Of a DNA stretch of 64,000 nucleotides, positions 29,855 through 37,513 are shown in pieces (position 1 is the stretch's first letter; the number at the start of each line of letters is the position of its first letter). The DNA comes from Planctomycetota bacterium (GTDB lineage: Bacteria; Planctomycetota; JAJSAM01; JAJVHW01). The stretch covers positions 1,408,001 to 1,472,000 of the forward strand of contig CBDFJG010000004.1 in the NCBI GenBank assembly GCA_965248445.1, read 5' to 3'. The notes beneath the pieces are model-generated. The model worked only from the letters and a program-made list of their open reading frames with translations, ran no database searches and was not told where the DNA came from. The translations under genes and the position numbers were made by a program.

Positions 29855-30081
29855 CGACGGATTCCCCGGCTCTCCATCCCGCCCGCTCTCGACCCCGTGC
29901 TGTGTTCAGCGCGACCCAGAACGGGCACGATGTCACAGGGGAGAACGGACGAGACGGAACGCCGTCGGTCGAAGCGCTGAACACGCCCTCCATTGTCGCC
30001 GACAGACACCCCCACAAGGCTCCGCATGTCGGCGTGTGGAGAACCCGAGGAAGCGGTTGGCCGCATGTGGATCCAGCTCAC
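29851..30081 (-). CDS. Phage hypothetical protein (76 aa)
   Basis: Fills the gap exactly with 4-nt overlaps on both sides. Confidence 0.45.
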   Translation of the reverse strand: MSWIHMRPTASSGSPHADMRSLVGVSVGDNGGRVQRFDRRRSVSSVLPCDIVPVLGRAEHSTGSRAGGMESRGIRR

Positions 30082-30338
30082 GACGCGAGGGCTCCCTTCG
30101 TCTTCGGGGGCCTGTTCCAGTGCGAGATCTTCTTGTCGCGGATCGCGCCCTTGACGTGCCGCAGCTGCCGGGAACACGTGTCGACGCGGCAGTAGTGATA
30201 CGCGTGGAACTCGTCGCCATCGACGCCACCGATGCCGCGCAGCATGTGCGTGTCTTGGGTCGGCCCGTGCACAGGGCATCGCCACCACGTGCCGGGGAGC
30301 GAGTCGATCTTGGGCGCCTTCTTCGGTCGACCGGTCAT
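30078..30338 (-). CDS. Phage hypothetical protein, putative Zn-binding (CPVH...C....C)
   Basis: ATGA overlap with the HNH stop. Confidence 0.6.
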   Translation of the reverse strand: MTGRPKKAPKIDSLPGTWWRCPVHGPTQDTHMLRGIGGVDGDEFHAYHYCRVDTCSRQLRHVKGAIRDKKISHWNRPPKTKGALAS

Positions 30339-30643
30339 CCCGTCCACCCCCAGAGCTGCGCGCGGAGATCGCGGACGTGCTGCCGGGCGCGCGCCCAGTT
30401 CACGTGGACCGGTCCCGCCTCCGACTCGTCGACTCTCATGTAGACGCCACGCAGGATCCGTGATCCCTTCGCTGCGTTGCAGGGCCCGCACGCTGGCACC
30501 CTGTTCTCCCGGCGGTTCGTACCACCCTTCGCGCGCGGGATGATGTGGTCGACGGTCTCGGCCTCGCCGCACCCGCAGTACGCGCAGTCCCGCGGCGTGA
30601 AGCCCGCGAACGCGACGTTGTCGGCCAGGTACGGGTGGTTCAT
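30335..30643 (-). CDS. HNH endonuclease
   Basis: CAYCG..TVDHIIPRAKGG.N...N.VPAC..CN..KG. Confidence 0.92.
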   Translation of the reverse strand: MNHPYLADNVAFAGFTPRDCAYCGCGEAETVDHIIPRAKGGTNRRENRVPACGPCNAAKGSRILRGVYMRVDESEAGPVHVNWARARQHVRDLRAQLWGWTG

Positions 30644-30858
30644 GCGCCGTCCCGTACACGCGCGGCGGGGTCCGTCTTCCCGGCCTTCTCGAACACGCGG
30701 CGGCGGAAGTCGTCGCAGAGCGCCGACAGACCGTCGGCACTCGCACCGGACAGCGGAAGCGACTGGCCGGTGAGCTCTCCGTCTCTCCCCACCATGAGCA
30801 GGAAGTTCGGGATGGCGATCGGCCTGACTTCCGCGCGTACTTGGATCCTCTCACCCAT
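30640..30858 (-). CDS. Phage hypothetical protein (72 aa)
   Basis: GGAG RBS, overlap-coupled. Confidence 0.65.
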   Translation of the reverse strand: MGERIQVRAEVRPIAIPNFLLMVGRDGELTGQSLPLSGASADGLSALCDDFRRRVFEKAGKTDPAARVRDGA

Positions 30859-31015
30859 CGTTCGTCTCCTCTTCCTGCTCCGGGCGCTCGACCGGCTTGC
30901 GCCCGAATGGCAACTGCTTCGGAGGGCACCGCTCGCGGTGGTCCTCGAACTCCTCGAGTGCCGGGTCGCCCTGGCGCTTCCAGCGGATGAGTTCGTCGCA
31001 GATGGTGCAGATCAC
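30851..31015 (-). CDS. Phage hypothetical protein with C2HC-type Zn motif (CTIC...H...C)
   Basis: GTG at 31015 overlaps the upstream stop. Confidence 0.55.
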   Translation of the reverse strand: MICTICDELIRWKRQGDPALEEFEDHRERCPPKQLPFGRKPVERPEQEEETNDG

Positions 31016-31908
31016 GACTCGCCCCGCTTGTCGTAGGCGGCGCCGATGATGCGTCGCATCCAAGACCCCACGGTGAGGGAGGCAGGGCAGTCGTGCGACG
31101 CGAGGTGGTCAGCCGCCTCCCCGATCCACGCTTCGTCGGCTTCGCCCGCACCGCACTCCGGACTCTGGCGGCACCACCAGAGCGTCAAGCGGGATCCGCA
31201 CGTCCCGGAGCACGCCACGCCGCTCCGCGCCCTCGCGTGCAGCGCGTCCTGGACGGCCTCGTCCATAGCCTCGCGGGCTGACCTCCCGCCCTGGATGTGT
31301 CCAAGGAGGGCGTGGCACTCTGCGGCCCGTGCTCCGGCGATTGCGCGAGCGTGAGAGTCGTCGGCCTCTTCGGACGCCTGAATCGCGTGTCGGCGGCTGC
31401 GTTGCGCGATGACGGCGTAGACCCGCTGCTGCTCGTCGCGGGCGGTCGCGGAGTTCGCCTTCGCGAGCGCGTTGCGGAGGCCCTCGACCATCTTGTCCAG
31501 CTTGCGGAGTTCGGCCGTCTGTCGCGCGATGCGATTATCGCGGTCGGATACACGCGTCTTGCCCTGCACCAACTCCTCGCGTAGCTGATCGACGCCGTCC
31601 TGCTGCGCCGCGTTCCGGTGGTCGGCCACCTCTCGACAGAGGTTCCCCACAGACGGGGGGTGGTGCTTCAACCGGTCCTGTGGGCATTGCGGATCAGCGA
31701 CGCCCCGGAATTCCTGCCACACGCTCTCCGCGGTCCACACCGGCGGATGTGCCGCGGCGTACTGGCGCTCAACGTCTGCCAGCACGACGCGGCCACCGAT
31801 GGCCACACAGCCTTTCGCGATGCGGAGCATCCGCTGCTCCTTGGCGTACCACTCCAACTTGTCTCCAAGCGTGACCTCGCTCTCGCTGACCATGCTGTCG
31901 TTCTTCAC
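31012..31908 (-). CDS. Phage hypothetical coiled-coil protein
   Basis: 298-aa ORF, overlap-coupled, central heptads, Cys-rich C-terminus. Confidence 0.65.
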   Translation of the reverse strand: MKNDSMVSESEVTLGDKLEWYAKEQRMLRIAKGCVAIGGRVVLADVERQYAAAHPPVWTAESVWQEFRGVADPQCPQDRLKHHPPSVGNLCREVADHRNAAQQDGVDQLREELVQGKTRVSDRDNRIARQTAELRKLDKMVEGLRNALAKANSATARDEQQRVYAVIAQRSRRHAIQASEEADDSHARAIAGARAAECHALLGHIQGGRSAREAMDEAVQDALHARARSGVACSGTCGSRLTLWWCRQSPECGAGEADEAWIGEAADHLASHDCPASLTVGSWMRRIIGAAYDKRGES

Positions 31909-32213
31909 CGGTTCCTCCCGTTCGCCGCGGCCTGTAGCGCGCGGATACGCGCTTCCAGGTTGGCGATGTGCAGCCGTTGGTCCCGGCAGTCCGCATGCGC
32001 CCCGATCTGCGCGCGCACGAAGTCCGCCGGCTTCTCGTCGCCCGGCTCGAAACCCATGTCGGCGAGCAGCTTCCCGAAGTTGGCGATGTGCTGCTCGGCG
32101 TCGTCGCGTTCGCCCTCGGCCTTCTCGCGTCGGCCGCGCTCGTCGTCGAGTGCGCGATTGGCGGCGCGGAGTTCGGCGCGCAAGGTGTCGATCTGCTTGT
32201 CGGTCGTCGTCAT
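31905..32213 (-). CDS. Phage hypothetical coiled-coil protein
   Basis: 102 aa, GGAGG RBS, overlap-coupled. Confidence 0.65.
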   Translation of the reverse strand: MTTTDKQIDTLRAELRAANRALDDERGRREKAEGERDDAEQHIANFGKLLADMGFEPGDEKPADFVRAQIGAHADCRDQRLHIANLEARIRALQAAANGRNR

Positions 32214-32632
32214 GCGCGCCCCTCCGGAATCCTGACGCCGTCAGGTAGTGGCCGAAACCACATGAAGTCGGTGACGCGCGTCAGCCCCGCCCGACTCGGG
32301 TGCGGGTCGTGGACCATCTCGGTGCCGATGCCGACGACAGCGTGCGACCGACCGCGAGGTCCGTCACCCCCGATGATCGTCGCAACGTCGGCAGGGACGG
32401 CGTGCGCGTTCTCCCCGTCGCAGAGGTAGACGCGTAGTCTCCAGTTCTCGCGCGCGAGATCGACGGTGATGTTGAACCAGTGCCGCTCTACGTCTTCGTT
32501 GCTGTGGAACTCCAAGATGTGGGGCACCTGCTCGGCATCAACTCCGAGGATTGACGCGATGCAACAGCGATAGCAGTCGCCGCCGTCTCCGAGAATCGTC
32601 TGGTCGACGGGCCAGATGGCCGGCGCGGTCAC
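32210..32632 (-). CDS. Phage protein with papain-like (C39-type) Cys-His-Asp signature
   Basis: DQT..GDC..CCIASIL, SHAVV, VHDP; GTG at 32632 overlaps the upstream stop. Confidence 0.65.
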   Translation of the reverse strand: MTAPAIWPVDQTILGDGGDCYRCCIASILGVDAEQVPHILEFHSNEDVERHWFNITVDLARENWRLRVYLCDGENAHAVPADVATIIGGDGPRGRSHAVVGIGTEMVHDPHPSRAGLTRVTDFMWFRPLPDGVRIPEGRA

Positions 32633-32925
32633 GGTTGCACCGCCGGGAACTCCCGGACGCGCAAGTCCTGGGGCCACTCGGCGGGATCGCCGCCCTTGCG
32701 GTCGCGGAGACGGACGACAGTCCGCACCTCCTCGGGAGTGAAGCGCCGGCACTCGCAACGGAACCTCGACGAGCTGAACAGTCGATTCGCGCCCCGGGCA
32801 CCGCAGCACCGTGACCGGGTGAAGTAGTGCGCGAGGCGCGGGTGCCCGCAGGCGCAGGGCGCGTAGGGATTGGGACGCCGCGCGTCCGTCTTCGCCATGC
32901 CGCGGGAGAGCTTTGTGCCGTTCAT
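32629..32925 (-). CDS. Phage Cys/His-rich protein (CACGH...H...C...CEC..F)
   Basis: Overlap-coupled; C-terminal DPAEWPQDLRVREFP. Confidence 0.6.
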   Translation of the reverse strand: MNGTKLSRGMAKTDARRPNPYAPCACGHPRLAHYFTRSRCCGARGANRLFSSSRFRCECRRFTPEEVRTVVRLRDRKGGDPAEWPQDLRVREFPAVQP

Positions 32926-33065
32926 CGCCCGACACCCCGGGGACCGCCTCGGGGAACGGTACGCACCGCACAGGGGGCGACGGAGTGCAGCGGAGGCGGT
33001 GAATTCGAGCCCACGGAGGCCCTCGCGCGGGTCCCGGGGTCATTGCAAATCCGTGGCCCCCTCAT
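32922..33065 (-). CDS. Phage small ORF (47 aa)
   Basis: ATGA overlaps at both ends; absent from the ORF track. Confidence 0.4.
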   Translation of the reverse strand: MRGPRICNDPGTRARASVGSNSPPPLHSVAPCAVRTVPRGGPRGVGR

Positions 33066-33484
33066 GCGGACGCCTCGGCGACGACGCCGTCGGGCCACGC
33101 GCTGTCAGGCCACGGGTCGGCGTAGTGTCGGTCGCGCAACTTGGGCGGGACGGAGCGGGTTGCGGCTGCGAGGCGGGCGGTCGCGCGCCGCCTCCACTTC
33201 ACCGCGGACTCGTGCATCCGCTGCCGGCGCTTGCACGGGGCGCACCAATCCTCCGGCTCCCGCGTGCCCCACTCCTGGTGGTAGTCGCCGTAGAAGTCCA
33301 TCGACTCGGACGTGACTCGATGGCGCCAGCACGGCGGGTCGTCGCCCTCGACCTTGTCGCCCTTGCGGGTGGCCCAGCCGCGGCTATCCTTCTCCTCGAG
33401 TTCGCACACGACCTGGGCGCGCAGCACCTTCCAGAACTGCGCGAAGCGGCGCGCGCGACCGAGGGCGCGGATCGCACGGCTCAT
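33062..33484 (-). CDS. Phage hypothetical protein (C...C...C..C)
   Basis: 140 aa, first complete gene of the coupled chain. Confidence 0.6.
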   Translation of the reverse strand: MSRAIRALGRARRFAQFWKVLRAQVVCELEEKDSRGWATRKGDKVEGDDPPCWRHRVTSESMDFYGDYHQEWGTREPEDWCAPCKRRQRMHESAVKWRRRATARLAAATRSVPPKLRDRHYADPWPDSAWPDGVVAEASA

Positions 33485-33532
33485 GCCGCCACCGCCAGGT
33501 CTTCAGCTACACCGGGACGCGTAGCGTGAGCG

Positions 33533-33604
33533 TGGGACACATCCTGGGACACATCTTGGGACACTCGCGAACTCGCGCGAGGTCGTGCCAGGGGGTGGGC
33601 TTGA
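33533..33604 (-). other. Putative prophage att junction: tRNA 3' fragment plus three 12-bp-period TGGGACAC repeats
   Basis: Minus strand TCAAGC-CCACC-CCCTGGC-A fits T-loop/T-stem/acceptor/discriminator geometry; repeats at 33533, 33545, 33557. Confidence 0.55.
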
Positions 33605-33646
33605 GGCTGTGAGGGCTCGCGGGGCCGGGGCGGAGTTAGGCTCCAG

Positions 33647-35107
33647 CTACCGGATGTGGAAGTGCTCGAGGAAGCCCTTGTTCGTGCTGGTGGTTTCCAG
33701 CTTGTCGACGAGCAGTTCCATCGCCTCTTCGGGCTTCAGCTTGTTGAGCACGCGGCGGAGGGTCCACGTGAGCTTGAGGACCTCCGCGGGGACGATCTTC
33801 TCCTCCTTGCGCGTGCCGGACTTGCTGATGTCGAGAGCGGGCCAGATGCGCAGTTCGGCGAGCTTCCTGTTGAGGACGATCTCGGCGTTGCCGGTGCCCT
33901 TGAACTCCTCGAAGATCACCTGGTCCATGCGGCTGCCGGTGTCGACGAGCGCCGTTGCGATGACGGTGAGTGAACCGCCGCCCTCGACGTTGCGCGCGGA
34001 ACCGAAGTGTCTCTTGGGGTGCTCCATCGCGCGGCTGTCGAGGCCGCCCGAGAGAGTGCGGGATCCGGAGCCCGTCTCCATGTTGTAGGCGCGTGCCATG
34101 CGGGTGAGCGAGTCGACCAGCATGACGACATCCTCGCCGGCTTCGACGAGCCGCTGCGCGCGGGCGAAGGCCATCTCGGCGACGGCGACGTGGCACGGGG
34201 CCAGGTCGTCGAGCGAGCTCGCGATGATGTCGCCCTTGATGGTGCGGCGGATGTCGGTGACTTCCTCGGGGCGCTCGTTGATGAGCAGGACGAGGACGTG
34301 CACGTCGGGGTAGTAGGTGTTGAGCGCGTTGCCGAGCTTCTGAAGGATGACCGTCTTGCCCGCGCGGGGCGGGGCGACGATCAGGCAGCGCTGCCCGAAT
34401 CCGACGGGAGCCAGCAGGTCGATCACGCGGGTCGTGACGTCCTTCCCGTCGCCTTCGAGCTGCATCCACCGCTCGGGGTCGATGGTCGTCAGGTGCTTGA
34501 ACGGGACCCGGAACTTGTACTCGTCGGGATACTGACCATCGAGCGTTCCGATCTCGTGGCACGTCGGGCGGTGCCCGTTGCGGCCGGGGATCTCGACCTT
34601 GCCCATCACCCGCGTGCCGCTGGCGATGTTGTACTTCTTGACGAGCGCTGCGGGCAGGTAGACGTCGTCGTGTTCGGCGATCAGGTTCTTGTGGATGCGC
34701 CGCAGGTACGCGAAGCCCTCGGGCATGACCTCGGCGATGCCGTCGGCGGTCTCGGGGAGCTCTCCGCCCGGCATGTACGGGGGCTGCTTCTGGTGCCAGC
34801 GCTGCGGACGTGCGCCGCCGCTGCCGCCGCCACGCCGGCCACCGCCGCCACCACCGCCGCGCCGCGCGCGGTTGCCTCCGCGCTTCTGCTGGCGCTTGCC
34901 GCCGCCGCCACCACCGCGGCGTCCGCGGGTCTTCTTGGGCTGGGTGGCGCGGGCGTTGCCGCCGCCACCACCGCCGCCTTGGCCGCCGCCTGCGCCGCGT
35001 CGGCCGCGTCGGCCGCGCCGTTTGCGCCGGCCGCCGCCTGGGCCGCCGCCGGATCCGCCGCCACCACCGCCGCCCGCTGGGGGGCCGCTTGAGTCACTGG
35101 GAGTCAT
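33647..35107 (-). CDS. rho: Transcription termination factor Rho with Gly/Arg-rich N-terminal extension
   Basis: G.GQRCLIVAPPRAGKT, ERPEEVTD, DSLTR.ARAYN, LSGG, FEEFKGTGN, SGTRKEE. Confidence 0.97.
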   Translation of the reverse strand: MTPSDSSGPPAGGGGGGGSGGGPGGGRRKRRGRRGRRGAGGGQGGGGGGGNARATQPKKTRGRRGGGGGGKRQQKRGGNRARRGGGGGGGRRGGGSGGARPQRWHQKQPPYMPGGELPETADGIAEVMPEGFAYLRRIHKNLIAEHDDVYLPAALVKKYNIASGTRVMGKVEIPGRNGHRPTCHEIGTLDGQYPDEYKFRVPFKHLTTIDPERWMQLEGDGKDVTTRVIDLLAPVGFGQRCLIVAPPRAGKTVILQKLGNALNTYYPDVHVLVLLINERPEEVTDIRRTIKGDIIASSLDDLAPCHVAVAEMAFARAQRLVEAGEDVVMLVDSLTRMARAYNMETGSGSRTLSGGLDSRAMEHPKRHFGSARNVEGGGSLTVIATALVDTGSRMDQVIFEEFKGTGNAEIVLNRKLAELRIWPALDISKSGTRKEEKIVPAEVLKLTWTLRRVLNKLKPEEAMELLVDKLETTSTNKGFLEHFHIR

Positions 35108-35622
35108 ACGTCTTGCACCCCATACGGGGAGCCTCTCTCTTCCGGACCCGCTGGTCGCGGGTCTCACTCGAACCGGCATCTCGGCCGCTGGCGTGCTTCC
35201 CCGGTCTCACGGAGACACAGCACACCCGGACGCCCTGCCGGCGGATCGTCGATCTGGCGCTGTGGCGCAGTCGCGGCGATCGGCCGGACGGGACAAAGTT
35301 GCATCGGGGGAGGGAACCGATCCGGCTACAGGCTGCCCGATAGGGTCGGGCCGACCTGAGAGGCCGTCATGGGCTTCTTCCTCGTCCGGCACGCCTGCCA
35401 GTCCTGGCGGGTGCGCGGGCGGTTCCGATGTCCTTTTCTACATCGGCAAGACCGGGTCCTCCCATGGAAATCAACTCGGGCCCCGGGAACTTCCCGAGCC
35501 TGGACAGCCTCGATTGTGTGCCTGACGTCGTCTCTCGCCCCTGCGTGGGGGGCCGCGTAGGCCGCCCCTGCGGTTGAGCCGAGAACCGCCTCAACGGCGT
35601 CAACCGTTGAGCCAAACATGAA

Positions 35623-36032
35623 TGCCGGAGCGGCCCGTAAGCCGGATCCTGTGACCCACCCCCGAAGGGGCGGGCGACGACCATTTCTCTGGGACGACCG
35701 TTGCCGGCCGCCTCGAACGCCCTACCCGGGAGTCATGACGAGACGGGCAGCCTCGCAGAGGGCCGAAGCCCTCATCCCCCCCTATGTGGGCTTTCTCCGG
35801 ACGGGGTTTACCGTGCCGCTGACGTCACCGTCAGCGCGGTGGGCTCTTACCCCACCGTTTCACCCTTGCCTCCTCCCCGGCCCTCGCGGACCGAGGCGAT
35901 CGGCGGTCTGTTCTCTGTGGCACTTTCCCTGGGCTTGCGCCCGGTGGGCGTTACCCACCGTCGTGCCCTGTGGAGCCCGGACTTTCCTCGGCGCCCGCGA
36001 AGGACGCCGCGGCCGTCCGTGCCGCTCCGGCA
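35623..36032 (-). ncRNA. rnpB: RNase P RNA (bacterial type A)
   Basis: GAGGAAAGTCCGGGCTC, AGTGCCACAGA, GGGTGAAACGGTG, GGTAAACCCC, ACAGGATCCGGCTTA; terminal P1 pairing TGCCGGAGCGGC/GCCGCTCCGGCA. Confidence 0.97.
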
Positions 36033-36038
36033 ACTCTG

Positions 36039-36047
36039 ATTCTAGCA
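36039..36047 (-). promoter_or_regulatory. Extended -10 promoter of rnpB (TGcTAGAAT)
   Basis: 6 nt upstream of the P1 start. Confidence 0.65.
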
Positions 36048-36075
36048 CTCCGCGGTCTTTGGCTACGATCTCGGC

Positions 36076-37143
36076 ATGCGGGAGGGGTTGCCGCCGGAAG
36101 TTCCGGCGATCGTATTGGAGCGCGCCGAGGCGCTTGCCGAGGCGGTCGCACTGAGCGCATCGGAGCTGTCGGGACAGCTCGAATTCTCGACGTACAACTG
36201 CGCGGCGGTCGTGCCGCCCGCGTTGGTGGGCGAACTGGGTGTCGAGAAGGACCTCGTGAAGGCGGTCGTGCGGCGGGCGCTGCGCACGCGGCTGAAGTCC
36301 GCTTGGCCGGAGCGCCGCTACGAACCAGAGCGGCCCGAGGTCATCGTGACCGCGCGGTGTGGCGAGGCGCCGGTGGCCGAACTCGCGGCGCTGCCTGTCT
36401 ACGTGGCGGGGCGGTACATGAAGCACGCGCGTGGGCTGTCGCAGACGGTCTTCTACTGCCGGCGTTGTCGCGGTAAGGGACGACTGCGCGGTGCAACGTG
36501 CAGTCGATGCCGCGGCAGCGGGCGGTTCGTGGAGGAGTCGGTGGAGGACTTCGTGCGCCCCGTGATCGAGCGCGCGATGCAGGGGCGCGGCTCGTCGTTC
36601 CACGGAGCGGGGCGCGAGGACGTGGACGTGCGCATGCTCGGCACCGGGCGGCCGTTCGTCGTGACGGTCGAGAGTCCCCGGTTGCGCAGCGTGGATGCAG
36701 CTGCGGTGATCGCGGCCGTCGCAGAGGCGAGCGGCGGACGTGTGACGGTCGCTGATCTGGTGGTGGTCGACCGAGCCGTGCGCCGGCAGATCACCTCGGA
36801 GCACGGCGAGAAGGTGTACATGGTCGAGGTGCGTGCGGTCGGCGGAGCGTTGCCCGAGGGCGCCGCAGCGCTGCTCGCTCCCCTGTCCGGCGCGACGCTC
36901 TCGCAGCGGACTCCTCAGCGGGTCGAGGCGCGGCGTGCAGACAAGGTGCGGGAGCGCCGCGTGCGCGAACTCGAAGTGATCGAGTCGAGTGCGGATCGGC
37001 TGCTGCTGCGGCTGACGACGGATCCCGGGCTCTACGTTAAGGAGTTCGTGTCGGGGGACGACGGGCGGACCGTGCCGTCCGTGGCGGGGGCGCTCGGCAT
37101 TGCGTGCCTCTGCACGGAGTTGGACGTGGTGGCGGTTCGCTGA
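36076..37143 (+). CDS. pus10: tRNA pseudouridine(54/55) synthase, Pus10 family
   Basis: GRYMK..RGLSQT, FHGAGREDVDVRMLGTGRPF, K.Y, QRTPQRV..RR, GLYVKEFVSGDDGRT.PS, LDV. Confidence 0.9.
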   Translation: MREGLPPEVPAIVLERAEALAEAVALSASELSGQLEFSTYNCAAVVPPALVGELGVEKDLVKAVVRRALRTRLKSAWPERRYEPERPEVIVTARCGEAPVAELAALPVYVAGRYMKHARGLSQTVFYCRRCRGKGRLRGATCSRCRGSGRFVEESVEDFVRPVIERAMQGRGSSFHGAGREDVDVRMLGTGRPFVVTVESPRLRSVDAAAVIAAVAEASGGRVTVADLVVVDRAVRRQITSEHGEKVYMVEVRAVGGALPEGAAALLAPLSGATLSQRTPQRVEARRADKVRERRVRELEVIESSADRLLLRLTTDPGLYVKEFVSGDDGRTVPSVAGALGIACLCTELDVVAVR

Positions 37144-37149
37144 GGAGCG

Positions 37150-37470
37150 TCGCGGTGTGGTGGGGGCGTAGCGGGAGGCGAGGCGCGTCCATGCCGCTGC
37201 AGAAGCGGTTGTTGACCGCTTCTGCCCTCCGCTCCGGCGCTCCGCGTTCGCTCCTGCCCTACCGTCCACCGGACGCTGGGCTGCCGCTGTGCGGCACCGT
37301 CGCTCACCCCTCGCGCGCTGACGCGCGTGCTCGGGTCGCGGCCGTTCGCTCGGACCGGCGGGCGTGCGCTCTTCGCCGCGATCGCGCCTGCTCGAACTGA
37401 GTCCGCGCTGGCTGCCGGCGCGAGACCGCAGCGCCGGTCCTCGCTCACCCATCCCAAACCCCCGCCCACC
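37150..37470. repeat. Hairpin-rich intergenic element between convergent genes (possible degenerate MITE)
   Basis: Perfect stem GCAGAAGCGGT/ACCGCTTCTGC at 37199-37225; loosely complementary G-rich and C-rich ends. Confidence 0.35.
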
Positions 37471-37513
37471 CACTTGGGGGAGGACGCACGGGAAGTGGCT
37501 CTGGTTACGTGCG

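Larger units (their letters stand above)
28505..33604 (-). mobile_element. Prophage remnant (early/replication module)
   Basis: Co-oriented short ORFs chained by ATGA/GTGA overlaps, including HNH, GIY-YIG and a replication-type protein; att-like right boundary. Confidence 0.82.

Noticed and set aside
29270..30643. HNH plus GIY-YIG as a restriction or defence system
   Set aside because: No methyltransferase, ATPase or sensor partner; both sit inside a coupled phage early operon
33533..33564. Short repeats as a CRISPR array
   Set aside because: Units are 12 bp and contiguous with no spacers; no cas genes or CRISPR-like arrays are visible in the window
33585..33660. Complete tRNA gene
   Set aside because: Only the T-loop-to-discriminator part is present; no D or anticodon arm. 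No full tRNA or rRNA was seen in the window
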